A DNA stretch of 59,075 nt, counting the filler, from Sphacelaria rigidula (Eukaryota): assembly GCA_964200075.2 (NCBI GenBank). It is 5 parts of 5 records of this genome, joined end to end, with 100 filler letters (N's around TTAATTAATTAA, not from the genome) between each part and the next. Parts side by side here need not be neighbours in the genome. Positions count along the whole stretch, not along the records: positions 35,508 to 47,242 come from CAXNAA020004573.1; positions 47,343 to 59,075 come from CAXNAA020004574.1; 3 more parts are not named here. The stretch is one strand, 5' to 3'. The notes below the pieces were generated by a model. That model was not told where the DNA came from and ran no database searches. It saw only the letters and a list, made by a program, of their open reading frames with translations. Of this stretch, positions 36,340 through 49,110 are shown in pieces (positions within the stretch are counted from its first letter, which is position 1; each line of letters begins with the position of its first letter). The translations under genes and the position numbers were made by a program.

Positions 36340-36993
36340 CGCAGCTAGGATTACTGCGTAATTTAACCTTTATCGAGAACGACGGTACTTCCTCAAAATA
36401 TGCACACGCACACACACGGGCATGTGCATACTTGCACTACACAGTACAGCACAGAACACTCACCACGGACACAACAGTGCAACAGTGCAACAGTACAACT
36501 CTCAACTGTCACAACTTGTACAAGTGCTGTACCACACAACGACATGTGCAGGACTTGTGAATGACTAGCGGGCGCCGAGGTGCACTGCCTGTGTGCCCAA
36601 CGCTGTGGACTGTGCCGGGTTCGTACCCGGAGTCTGTGTTGACGACACTGCCGTCGGGTATTCAACGGTACGGGGACAGCACAGGTAGCTATAGCCATGC
36701 TACGATGGGACGTTGGGAATTTTGGGCCGTTGCCTCCACGAAATTCGAGTTCGAATAATCGTTGGAAGAAGCAACGATCGTCCGAACGCGCGTGTTACCG
36801 ATAAATAACGCTCAGGCATACTGCTTGACGCCGTTTTCTACCCAAATACAAGCGCACGGCGAGTGTGTCAGGTTATCCGAAACATCTATGAGTCTTTTTT
36901 TTCCCAAAATTTTCCAGGAATTTTTTTCCTTCCCGATGATACTAGAGGCTGCAAATCGTCACCAAGATCGGGATTTTGAACCCTAGAGCGCGA

Positions 36994-37345
36994 GCCGGTC
37001 GCCCCGGTGATTCAGTTGGTAACCTGGAAACCTTATGACTTTTTGGTCGTGGGTCTGATCTCGGTCTGATCTCGCATGATATGGGATTTTTTGTCACACG
37101 AAGCCCAACAGTGGAGAGCGGCTATGCCGTGGGTACACAAAAATCGGCTTTACGGTCGACGAGGGGAAGGGACCGCTAAACCCCTCCTGTGATGGGAAAT
37201 ATGGCAAGCACCGCATGAGGGAGGTGGAGCATAAAACAAGTAGGAAAGTAGAAACTCCTGCTTCGACCTTGTCCCCTGTGTGACCCTGGCTGAATCGCCC
37301 ACATGTATCGTAAGGTGTAGACTGGCGTCCAGACTAGATGGTATA
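36994..37345 (+). mobile_element. tRNA-derived SINE-like element
   Basis: Head gccggtcgccccggtgattcagttggtaacc (A-box-like); body cggtcgacgagggga...ccgct; tail actggcgtccagactagatgg followed by CA-rich sequence; homologous to 37504-37805 and 41297-41913. Confidence 0.7.
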
Positions 37346-37503
37346 CCTACACACACGCACACTCTCTACTGTATAATACACAACATACATATACGCGAAG
37401 AGTACCGAGGTTGTTGCGTTTGATTGGCTGGTTGATTGGTTGATTGTCGGATATTAACTGATCTGCCCCCCCCCCCCCCCCCCCCCCACCCTGAGGGATC
37501 CAG

Positions 37504-37805
37504 CCGTGGCCCACTTCGAAACCTTTTGACGGTTGGGACGTTGGTTCGTATCTCGGTGAAGTCACACCATCTTGGATTTTCGGTCACATCATGGCTAGCA
37601 GTGGAGATCGACGATGTCGTGGGTACGCAGATTGTCGACTTGACGGTCGACGAGGGAAAAAGACCGCTGAACCCCTCTCGCGCGATAAAAAATAAGGCAA
37701 GCACAGCAGAGGGAGAGTGGAGTTCTGAAACAAAATTTTAAAATAAGAAACTCCTGTTTTGACCTTCGTCCAGCGCGATCTTGGCCAATGCGCACCCACA
37801 TACAC
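37504..37805 (+). mobile_element. tRNA-derived SINE-like element (second, end-truncated copy)
   Basis: cgaaaccttttgacggttggg...ggttcgtatctcggtgaagtcacaccatc (B-box-like) and body gacggtcgacgagggaaa. Confidence 0.7.
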
Positions 37806-39772
37806 TAGTGGGCGGTCTAACTGTCCAGCGTTTTTGCATTTTTCTCGCGTACTACTCTTCGATAGAACTCGAAATTGCTAGCATCGGTAGATTTTGGTAC
37901 AATAAACAGATCACCCTCGAAACACAGTGCCCAAGTCAGTGTGAGTTGGTGTTATCGGGCGAAACGAGTAAATGCCCCGTTCATCAGGAGGGTGTTATTG
38001 ACCGTGAAACACCGTTTTTTTGGCTCCACTGCAATTAGTAGGCAGAATTGTCAATAAAATAAATCTGTACTTCTTTTTAGAAATATGATCGGGACAGGCT
38101 CGATCGGCCGAAATTACCGAAGAGTAAGAATGTGGACTGGAACGTCGCAGGATCCCCCATGACTGGTCAGCCTGTAAATCACTCGATATTGAGTACAGAC
38201 GATTTTTTGTTCTTGGAATGTGGAGCGGATACAAATATCTTCGGATCCCTGATGTGATAAGCGGTGGCAAGCGAAAAGAGCCCAAGAAAATTGCTACTCA
38301 CGAAGAAATCACAAAATGCCTCAAAATGAACATTCAGACCGCCCACTACTGTACACCAAAGGTCACAGACTGGCGTCCAGATTACGTCAGATAACACGAC
38401 TACCGTGAATTTATCATCCCCTTCCCCCCCTTGTCCGAATTCGGTTCATAGGGCCGAAATTTCTGAAGGATGAAATCCGTCCGTGTCTCCGATATATATT
38501 ACATATTGTAAACAAAAGAGGAAGAAAACACGGTAGTGACGGACTTCAAATTTTCGACGCCCTCCCCTCTTACGAACTTTAGATCATAGCCCTCAAAACC
38601 TCGCGTGAGGGATCGAAACCTCGAAATTTTTAAGGGCCGTGGAAATGTGAGGCACAATTGACCTTTTTCGTACTTTTGAGAGGACGAAATGAAGTCAATA
38701 AAATAATTCATTGAAGACTGTTTGAGGATGGATGGTTGTAGTTTATTTTTTGGACAAGGGAAAGACAATATCTTAGTTTTTCCTCAACTGTTTGTTTTGG
38801 CCGCAACTTTCCAGCGCTCATGAGTTTGGAGCTGATCCAATTATCGTTGCTCTCGCCGCCTCAACGTCAGCCACACGCCCACCAAGTTCAAGCGTAATCA
38901 AACGACGATTTCGGATATCTTGATTTTGTACCAAATGCCACCAATGGGGGTACCCCCGTCGTTGTTGGGGGGGGTGTTACTGGGGGTATGCAGGTGACGT
39001 GGCAACCATTTCAGGCTCAATACCAGAAGAGTTGAACCAGAAAGGAATCCTGTTACGGCACCCTAAAGTAAGCAGAAGCTATTCAACGTATTCCCCCATA
39101 GCGTTTTCCACCCTGGGCCAGTATCTTGGCCTGTTACAGCTTGTTTCGCATACGTCCAAATATCAGTTCTAAAACCTAGATGTTCGTCGTTGGTCGTTTA
39201 TCGTAGGTTGTCCCTCATGTTCTCAAAAATCTAGATACAGAACGTTTTCAACCGTAGCTCGTTGTGTCGTCAAACATTTCCCTTGAAAATACAGTTGGCC
39301 AACGCTTGTAATTGTCGCGAAATGATTTTGGGATGCTGGAACTGCCCAGGGAGCCGAATATTGTGCGCGATGGATGCACTCCAGGACGCTGCGTAGTGTA
39401 GAGAACCCCATTTCTGTTCTGCTTTTTTTTTTCGCAGTTGGTGTTTTCCGACGCGTTAATTGTTTGTGCTGCTCCTCAGGTGGCCACGCTCGTACGGTAC
39501 TTCGGGTGCAGGCAACAAAACGTACGCAATGCCGAAGGTGGATTTTTCCCCCTCCCCTTTCCTCCCCTCCGCAGTTCCCAATCGCTTTGTTTTACGCTGA
39601 GTGAGCGTGACCGTGCGTCGAGCCGCACGCACTCTTGAGTAGAGCATACATACATGTCCATATAGCCGGCAACACACGTCTGTATTATCAACGGTAACAT
39701 CATTACTCTTTCTGCTCCGCCCTGCCCCGCCCCCTACTCTCGCACCAAATCGCTCAACCGTGTTACCATACA

Positions 39773-41224
39773 ATGAACGTCACCGCAGGTCAAGATGCAG
39801 ACCTTGATGGGAACGAACGCCACCAACACCGACACCGCCACACCAATAACGGCTCGGGCCTCTCTCCCGGTGACAGTGGCGGTGGAGGTGGAGGAGGAGG
39901 AGGGGGGGGCGTTAACCGCCGCGCACACGCGCACGCGTACGCCGACGAGCCGGACGACATGTCACGGGAAACTCCGGGCTACCTCCAACAGGGGAGGGGG
40001 ACTTATGGGAGCGGCGGCGCAGCCGCCGCTGACCTGCATCATCGATCCGGTGGATCAGCCTTCCCACCGCCGCCGCCGCAGGGCGGCGAGATGGACGGTC
40101 CTGACGCCAACGGCCTGTCGGCCGTTGACGCGCGTACCGCAGCTTCCCTCGCATCGCGGACCCGCTTGGCGGCGGGCGGCTCGACGCGGCCAGAGTCTGG
40201 GGTAGGGATAGCAGCGGGACAGGCGGCGGCTGCTGCCGCCGCCGCGTTGCGGCGGGGTCCCACGCCCGGCTCGCATTCCTTGCCGTCAATGGTACTGGTG
40301 CCGTTGGAGGCGCTCAAGGCGCACCGTCGGGTCCCTCGTAGCTCTGACCGAAAGTGAGTTTGTGGCCTGGTTTCTCGTTTCCTCGTGTGTTTTGTGCGTG
40401 TATTTGTTTTTTTCGTAACAGGTTTCGCGGGATTGTGGTTTGTGTATACGACGGTGTGATGGTTGTGAGCTTTGTGATATCTCGTTCTCCCGCGATGAGG
40501 GAGGTGGGAGAAAAAGAAGAAGGTTCCGTGATTCTGAGACCGGTTTTTGTTTGTTTTGAGTTGTGTTGCGGTTCACCTCCGTCGATCCTTTTCATTGTTG
40601 TTGTCGTTGTTGTTCTATTGCATTTTTTCACTTGCCTTGCTTTCACGTGAGGGTGTCGTTACACACACTGTAATGCTTGATTTCTCTTCCCGTCTCGTCT
40701 CTTTGGGGGGTGTTTTTCGTTTCTTCACCCACCCCTCAACACCAACCAGGGCGCTGGTTCGATACCGGGACCTACCAGACCGCAGCCGGTGTTTTGTGGT
40801 GTTTGTCTCGCACGCTTGGATGCGGCCGCACACCACTCCGTCCTTCGCACATCCGGACACGTCGTCGAGGGGCGGGGAGAAGTACCGCCTCATTGCGGAG
40901 GCCGGGGATCGCATTCGGGCGCACCTGCCCCCGGACGTGCGTGTGCTGCTTTGGATCGACTACTCTTGCGTGGACCAGGTGCGGGGGGGATTCGTTTCGG
41001 TTGGATGAACCGATAGAAGGATTAATTTTTGCCTTTTTTTTCTTTTTTTTCAACAGGTCACACGTCGGACAGCCTGCTCATGAACTACTACGTTCCAAAC
41101 AAATACTCGAAGAAGAATCGCAGATCAGTTGTTCAAAACACACAAGAACGTGTGGTAGCAGGGTCTGGGAAGGCAAAGCTCTACGTTTGCGCTGCTCTGT
41201 GTGCTCGTGCTCGGCGTCCAGCAC

Positions 41225-41257
<33 letters not shown>

Positions 41258-44200
41258 GCGTGTGCGTGTGCGTGTGCGCGCGCATGTATTGTCAACCCAT
41301 CTATTCGGGACGCCAGTTTACACCTTACAATACATGTGGGCGCACCACTCAGCCTTGGTCACTCAGGAGGAAGGCGAACACAGGGATTTATCCTTTTTTT
41401 TTTTTTTGCTGTAGTACTCCACCTTACTCTTGCTGTGCTTGTTTTTTTTATGTTGGGGGGTTCAGCAGTCCCTTTCCCTCGTCGACCGTGAAGTAGAATT
41501 TTGTGTAACCACGACACAGTCACCCTCCACTGTTTCACGTTTTGGACGAATCATCGCCGGTTTGAATCACCAAATCCACGATTTTTCAGGCCTGGTTGCT
41601 CCAAAAAAAAAAAGAACGTTGACCGCTGTTCAAAACGGTTTCGGCGCATTTTTCTCGCCATTCCACGTGCCTGGGCTGCGCGTACCTGGCTTGCAACGCT
41701 GCTAATACAGCGTAAGGATTGATGCGTACCGCACGAATCAGTCACTCTAAAATCAAGTAATGCACAGACAAATCATCAATTCGTCGGACCGTTGCACTGT
41801 TTGGCGTGGTGTGATGAATAATCGCAGATGGTGTGACTGCACCGAGATTCGAACCCACGACCCAACCGTTAAAAGGTTTCGAGGTCACCACCTGAGCCTA
41901 CGGGGCGACCGGCCAATTATAGCGTTATTGTGAGCAAATATGGAAAATTGGCTGAATGATGTGGCTCTTGATCCGGATCAGTACACTATTAGGGAGTAAT
42001 ATTAAGGTGTGCTAGCTCAAGAGCTATCCAACATGTGTAACCGTTTACACTTTCAACCCTTTCCCCTTGGTTCGGACGAGCTGATTATCTCCAGGGTGTG
42101 AATAAACCATATCTTCCCCAGCACGGTACGCGGATCATGTTGTAGTATCACGGATTGCATCGGCGCATGACTTATCAGCCCATCTCGGCCGAACACGCTG
42201 GAACATGACCAACCACATAGTTCGGCGGATGTTGTGTGGGTGGTCTTGCTCCAGCAGACGTCGTTTACCTCTTTACGTCGAGTCACAAATGATTCGTGTA
42301 CAGTGAGAGCTAGGCCAGCCATAAGAACCGCTTTCCTCCCAATTTTCGAATCAGCCCGGATGTCAGGTGTAAATCGCTGTGAACTGAACAGAACAACCTG
42401 CTGATGCACGGTCTGCCGCTGAAAGAGAAAATGAAGATGTAGAAAATAAAATGCACAGCATTATTGTATGTATGACGTCGACCACGGAACCAGCGCAGCC
42501 TTTGCTGAAGCAAATCCGGTGTATCGCATCTGTGGTGAAATGAAGATCGTCCAGCACACAACAGCTTCACCGTCACTGATTGGTGAATAATCACACGTAC
42601 TCCGCGAGGAATCTTGGACGATCGGTCACACAGATTGTGCGCGTCGGGCTGTAGATGCTGTAACTCTTGAGCCCCAATGATTCATGGAGTGTAGCAGCGG
42701 AGCGCGGTCAGGTTCGGTCAAGGTTGCGAGGGTCGGAACGAATAACTATGATTTTTCTGAAAGTCACTTGCTTGTTGTGATATTGATTCGTACCGTATGA
42801 TTCCATCCTTGGACGTTTATTCAGCGTTGCACCCCAGGGACGCGCACCCCAGGCGCGTGGAATAGCGCACAGGTTGCGCAGAAGCTTCCTAAACGCGCGC
42901 GGTCAAGTTTTCTCTCTTCCTCTCGAACGATCAGATCTCACAAGTCGTAAATATCGTAATTCGAGCCAGCGATGATTCGTCCGACTCAAGCACAAGGTTG
43001 CGTGGAATGACGGTAGCAGCACACCCTCAGCTGCCGCACTCCATAACTCGTTGATGGTTTTAGTTTTGGAGGTATCGCCTCTTGAACCTGACCCGCGCAG
43101 TCTGTGGAACTACTGGTCAAAGCTTTCTCGTGAACAAGGATTATTGAACCAGTCAATGACGGTGACGCTGTTGTGTCGAACGATTCCATTTTTTCCCCAG
43201 AGAAACGGTACGCCCAGAACTTGTCGGGATTCGAAATCCGTACCTTTAGCCCTCTTGGGGAAGTCTTTTGTACCAGTTAGACAACGAGGTGCTGGGGTGT
43301 CACAGAAAATGGAATGCCCTCGTCAATTTCATAATGGGTATTTTGAGCCTTTATAAGACGGCCTTCTGTACGCAAGTTGGAATGTTTAACGTAAAACACC
43401 TCCAAAGTCCTCCCCTCCATCAAGTCATGGCTTTTTTTTTCTTCTTTCACAAATTTCCAATCACTCTAACTTTCTGTTTGTGTGTTTGTTTTCGTTCTTG
43501 GTTGCTTCCGCTATGATTCCGGAGTCCCACTGACGAACGTATCATATCGTGTCAACTCTTATCTTCTGAAAGTAAGCAAGGCACAACCGCTCAGCCGTTT
43601 ATGAAAACTAATGGCTGGCCCAGCTCGTGATGTTATGCTGGCCGTTCACCCATTTGAGATGACTAAATCATATGTGTTGTTTGTGCTCCCCATCAGGATT
43701 CTACGCGGCGAAGCAAGGCCACTATGCGAGGCATGCGAGAGTACATGCGGCGATGTGATGCTATCCTTACGGTCTACCCCGGTGACGCGTGAGTTCTGAG
43801 TAGGCCGTTACGTGTTGGCGTCTTGAAAGTCTTTGCACGTGTTCACCAATTTTCCCTGCGTCGTTTTTTTTGGGAGTAGGGGGGAGAGGAGGGGGCGTAC
43901 TCATTTGTTGCTTGCGTATGTCATTTGATATTCAACGTTCATCTACGGGTTCCGAAAGCTCGCATACCCTGGAAAGAGAATACAGTCAAAAAGTGTACTG
44001 CGTACAGTATCGACTAGTGCGCCTATTGCAACAGACAGAATATTCCATACTGCACGCGTTACATGTTTTCACGGTTCGAATGAATCATCGCCGGTTGAAT
44101 CACCGAATCCACGATTTACTGGGCCTGATTGATAAAAAAAGAGAGAAACAAGTCGACCGCTGGAAACAGGTCTCCGCGCAACGTTTGCGCCATCCCACGT

Positions 44201-46223
44201 ACCTGGGCTTTGCGTACCTGGGTTGCAACGCTATGAACAAAGCGTAAGGATTGATTCCTACCGTACGAATCAATCACACTGAAATCAAGTAAATTCCGGA
44301 CGAATCATTAATTCGTCCGACCCTTTTATTTTTCCCCAATGGAATCGTCATCATCCAGGGTGTGAAAGCTTATTCTTCTCTAGCGAGAAGGCAACAACAC
44401 CTTTGTTTCATTCACTTTCTCTCGCCTGTTTTTTTGGTTTGGGGGATGAAAGGCGGGACCCGGGTCTCTCTTGTCACGATATAGTACAAGTATGGGGAAG
44501 CCTTCGTGTTTCATGAGGTGTTGAGTCAAGGCGGTAGAGAGGGCTGCCGGGCTGCTTTGACGAAGACTGATGAACGTGGGAGATCGATGGTGAAAAATTA
44601 GACACTTTGAACAACTTGAAAAGGAACTACAAATAATGAGCGCGGTATTTTTTTCGTGCGGGTATCTTACCGGCAATTGAACAAATTAGTAGAACAGCGT
44701 AGTAGTGAAGATTTGTATACTACATAAAGTTTGCAGCATTTTGACTGTGTGTTGACGATCGTCTCTGTGCTCCCGATATCTGTATACGTACATTTAAATG
44801 TAGATGCCTTTTTGACTTTGTTTGGGTTCATAATGCGTGTGCAACGGTAGATTGAGTACTTCATGCTTGCCCTGCCTTGGCCTGCCCTGCACTGCCCTGC
44901 CATTTTTTCTTGTTTTTTCTGGTTTTGCTTTGTTCCAGCGCGGACAACGGTGAGGAATTCCTCCCGAACCGCTTCGTCAAGTCTTGCTCGTGGGCCGGTA
45001 GCTACAAATCTCTGGCCCACTATTGCACCCGTGGTTGGTGCCGCCTTGAGATGCTCCTGGGGCAGACGGAGCCCCTCCCACAGGACGGTTTCATGTTCAA
45101 CTTTCTCGTGCCGAAGAAGAAGAAGGTGTGGGGTACATATATACGTCTGTCGTTGCTCTGTGGTGCTTGGGCTAGGGTTTAGTATTCTAAAAGAAATACA
45201 CTCCTTCGTGTTTTTAGATTAGTTTGAGTAGCGCCAGTGCTCCAGGGTACGTGAAGGATCCAGCACTGCAACAAGTTAGGTGCTATCTTGAGCATGGACA
45301 GGTGGGAAATCGAGTGTGCCGTTTTCCCATACAGGAACTCAATACCCCGACACTACTACCCTGAGCGCCGTTGTTGGCATTTTTTAGCTTTTGTTTTTTG
45401 CGCCCTTTGTTCACCAGTGGCTCATGTCTGTGTCGATATGTCTTGCCTTCGTTATTATGTCTCTTGTTTCCATGTCTCTCTGTGTCTGTCCCCATTTTTC
45501 TAGCGAACATGGATCATATGCGATGGTCTATTGGTTCGGATCGCCGTTTTTTTTATTGATGCTTGATGGGGTGTGTGAAGATTCTGCTGTGCTCCGTCCT
45601 CTACTTTCTCTTGAGACCTGCTTATTTTATTTTATTTCATTTCGTGAATACATGCGTCGTCGCTGTGTGTTGATGCAATATACGTGGGCGTTTCCGTTTC
45701 CTTCGCGAAGGCTTCTGGTGCGAAGGCCTCGGTGGGAGATCGGCCCCACTTCCTTTACGGGGCGCACCAGCGACCACACAGTGGCCGCATTGACGTCGTC
45801 CCTCGTCAGTCCAGCAGGTATGAATGGCTTTTTGTGTCTGGTGTTGGCTTCAGTCGTGATGCGAAGGTTCCGGGTTGGTTGTATGTATTTTTATTTTTGC
45901 TTCTCGCGGTTCGATTCCCTACTTGGCATCGCTAATCTGGCTTTGAGCCCTCTGAGTTTTTGCCCTGCGGTATGTGCGCGTACATTCATCATCCACGTCG
46001 GTTACTCCTCTCTGGTTTTCGTATCTTGGCTCGTTGTTGTGTGGGTGTGGGCGTTGTTACTGTTACTGTTACTGTTACTGTTACTGTTACTGTCCCTGTT
46101 TGCTCATGTGTGCCTATGCGTGTGTTTTTTTGTTGCAGATGGTTTGAGGAGCATCACCCAGAGCAGGGCAACTTTACTCACGAGAGCGATAGGGACGCCA
46201 TAAGGGCCGTGTTGGCCAAGCAG
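39773..46223 (+). CDS. HET-domain (heterokaryon-incompatibility, TIR-like) protein; spliced and 3'-incomplete. Exons 39773-40353, 40750-40978, 43697-43788, 44939-45125, 45711-45817, 46139-46223
   Basis: All five introns are GT-AG with matching phases, giving 427 uninterrupted codons. Motifs in the expected order: FVVFVSHAW...HPD...K, LWIDYSCVDQ, MREYMRRCDAILTVYP, HYCTRGWCRLE, PEQGNFTHESDRDAI. Low-complexity N-terminus; the first exon could instead start at an acceptor near 39788. The last donor gtgagt (46224) has no identified partner exon in this contig. Confidence 0.85.
41225..41282. repeat. (TG)n/(TGCGTG)n microsatellite next to the SINE 3' end
   Basis: Read directly from the sequence. 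Confidence 0.9.
41297..41913 (-). mobile_element. tRNA-derived SINE-like element (intronic) with ~260-bp extra internal segment
   Basis: Minus strand begins gccggtcgccccgtaggctcaggtggtgacctcgaaacc...gggttcgaatctcggtgcagtcacaccatc (A and B boxes) and ends gtgtaaactggcgtcccgaatagatgg. Segment ~41535-41790 is absent from the other copies but recurs at ~44068-44322. Confidence 0.75.
44068..44322. repeat. Intronic repeat homologous to ~41535-41790
   Basis: Shared gaatcatcgccgg, atccacgattt, gcgtacctgg, gcgtaaggattgat, aaatcaagtaaat. Confidence 0.8.
46053..46093. repeat. (GTTACT)n microsatellite in intron
   Basis: Read directly from the sequence. Confidence 0.9.
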
Positions 46224-47037
46224 GTGAGTTATCTTGCACCAAGCTCCCCTGTGTTCCGAGTGGTGTTATGGCTGAAGAACGAGAGTCCTAATCCCGACAT
46301 GGAATGTCCGCACCCTCCCCCCACCCCCCACCCCCTTAGTAGGGGTGCGAGGTGAGTGGTCATATGACCGTGGCATGCAAGCTCATGACTACACCCCTCA
46401 TGATGTGGTTTCCGTCGTTGACGAGAGAGTCGAGCCGGTACGAGAGTTTTGATCCAGTCCATGACACTAAAATTTCAAGCGAGTTCTGCAACGGGCAGGG
46501 GGAGGGGGGGGGGTTGATCCCTCGGAGGCTACGCACGCGTTTCGGGAAGACGGGGAGAGAGAGGTTGAAACTACGACAGAAATAGAAGGCAGAGAAGTTG
46601 GAGTCGTGCGGAGTGCCGTTTTTTGTGCGGCGAGTTCTTGAGCGCTTTCTCGTTTGTTGTGAGCAGTCTTGCGGGGAGAGAAGGTCGTGTCCGTCCACTT
46701 CTTATGCCAACCCACAAATCTAGAACATGATACTGGCGAAGATTGTGCGTGCATATATCACGATGTAGCTCAGGTAATATGCGTTTTCCCCCACTCTCCC
46801 TCCTCCCCGGGTTGAGTGAAGATCCCATGGCTTGTATTTTCCCGCGACACTTTGCCAAAGTCACATTGAGAGGGCCACTGAGTGTACATGAAGGATCGGT
46901 GCTGTGGTTTTCAAGGATATATTACAAGTACGCCGTCAGGGGCTAGCGGCCGAGGAATACGCGCTACGCTATCGATAAAGGGGGGGAGTGGGTCACAAGC
47001 TCTGCAGTTACTTGCACCAGCCCTTCCCCCTCTCGCC

Positions 47038-47164
47038 ACTCGAAAATGATGCGTGGTCAATGGTTGAACGACTCAGCCGCCCCCCTCCCCCCCCTTTGCG
47101 TTGCTCCGTCTCGAAAGGGATGCGTGGTCAATGGTTGAACGACTAAGGCAAGCAACAAATATGT
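47038..47164 (+). mobile_element. Two short LINE-3'-end fragments embedded in C-tracts
   Basis: ctcgaaaatgatgcgtggtcaatggttgaacgact (~47039-47073) and ttgctccgtctcgaaaggg...aaggcaagcaacaaat (47101-47160), each followed by poly-C. Confidence 0.75.
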
Positions 47165-47242
47165 CCCCCCCCCCCACCCCCCCCCCACCCCCCCCACCCC
47201 CCCCCCCGTCCCAACACCACCCCAACTGCAGCGGTTCGCCCC

Positions 47243-47342
47243 NNNNNNNNNNNNNNNNNNNNNNNNNNNNNNNNNNNNNNNNNNNNTTAATTAATTAANN
47301 NNNNNNNNNNNNNNNNNNNNNNNNNNNNNNNNNNNNNNNNNN
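47243..47342. other. Artificial contig spacer
   Basis: N44-TTAATTAATTAA-N44. Confidence 0.98.
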
Positions 47343-49110
47343 AAGCGACAGCTGACCACATCCTCCAACCCCTCGCCAATAAAGGTGGGGCCAGCATATT
47401 GGGTGCCCCCCCCCCCCAAAAAAAAAAGAAGCCGAATTTCGATCTTGGGGCCTACGTGTTCCGAAATATGTTTTTGGCAGACCTTTGGTCACGCCCAAAT
47501 CCATTTTGTGTTACTAGATACACGTACCTTCAATTAGGTGTAACACCTGATCCAAGATGCTGTGATGCGTCCATCTTATCAGCTATTACACGATCAGGTC
47601 TACTGGAAGCCAAGTGGCCTAGGTACTTGCTTACACGATGCCATTGAAACAATGGTGGCACGTCTTGTACCTCAATGTACAGCGTAACACGTTACCTGCG
47701 TGAAATCCCATGCACTCCTGAAGATAAACACTGGAACAGGTTCAAGTTTATGATGATTTTGTTGGATCGCCACATGATGTGCCGCATTGTGCTACAGGTT
47801 CGAAATTCAGACACAGAGGAAAACTGGCCTTGTCTGCATTTCTAACCTTGAGCTGCCAGTCAAAGTGACTGATAGATCAGTGATTCTCATGCATTCTGAA
47901 AGTGGCCTCTGTGTATTGAGAACATTCATCAGATTTCCTAAATTTCAGACCCCGCTACCCTCTGATCTCCCACTTGGAAGGAAACCGAGCACGACGGGTC
48001 ATTCAACGGGTCGGTACACTCCGACACCACGGGATGTTGAGAGTTACCCCTGTGTACCATTCATACCTGTATGCGTAAGCACGCAAGGAAGGACATCATC
48101 AAACTCACTTTTCTCGACCACCACAGTAGCAGACTGTCGCCGCTCTTCTAGTCGAAACAAGCAGCTGATGACCTCAGAAACAGCTTCTGAAGATACAGCA
48201 CGGCGTGATCTACTGCGACGGAAATCAGACCGATGCACCCCTCGGACAAAACTATTCCGATTTTGTGGTATGTCGTGCAGGGATGCGTGGATGCTTCGAC
48301 GCTCGTTGTTGCTCCTTGTCCCGTGACAATGCACGACGGCGCAGAAGTAAATCAGCTGCGGTTGCGTTTTCTGCATTGGTGGTGGGTGTATGATGATAGT
48401 GCAGTGTTGACAGCGTTTCAAACATGACTCGGTTGTTGTTGCTGCTGCTGCTCCTACCCGACTGTACCGGTGTTGTTGTTACTCTACGATGCTGAGAACA
48501 GACCTTACACCCCCAGAGTAGCCGCCGTGAGGTACCACGCTGCATAGATCGAAATGCAAGTTAATGAAACAGAGGTCATGCGATGCCCTGGCTACACGCA
48601 CTTCTGTTGCAATTTGTCATCAACATCGCAGGAGTACCTTGTGTGTGCTCTCCTTTACCCCTGGCTCGGCGCGGGACTGTCAAATGCGGCGATTTTTCAG
48701 CCAATAGGAGGCTTTCTTTCGGTATGGCGCTTACAGAAAACATACGATGGTTGCGTAGCAGAGGTGTTTGTTTCGCCAGACTCTGGGATACTGTACTGTG
48801 TGCTGCTCCGCTGCCGTTCTCTGCTGGCGTGTTCCCAGGCGTTAGCCAGTCAGCGGGAAAGTCCAGCGCTTTAGGAAAGGTGCGGTTTGGTAAGCACGCG
48901 TCGACACATCTCAGCCAGGACGGTGCTCCCGCGCGAATATATAACGAACGGTACAAATACAACCCATCCGTTGCACAGGAGGGAGAGAGCTCAATGAAGC
49001 AAGAACGGGGCAAAACACAACGCTATGACATTCTGGGACGAGCTGATGCTGAACTTTCAACACCAGGTAGCGCGGGGCGTAGTGGAAGTAGCGGCAGTAT
49101 CGATACCACC

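Noticed and set aside
41829-41913. Functional tRNA gene (also 55599-55672)
   Set aside because: A and B boxes are present but there is no acceptor stem or regular anticodon arm; the 41829 copy continues into a repeated SINE body.
45391-46203. 270-aa hydrophobic ORF (also 40677-41414)
   Set aside because: T-rich intron and microsatellite read-through overlapping true HET exons in other frames.
48583-49110. 176-aa N-terminal extension of the ankyrin ORF
   Set aside because: Sequence is not protein-like and contains a plausible GT-AG intron (48890-49066); ATG 49111 has a better context.
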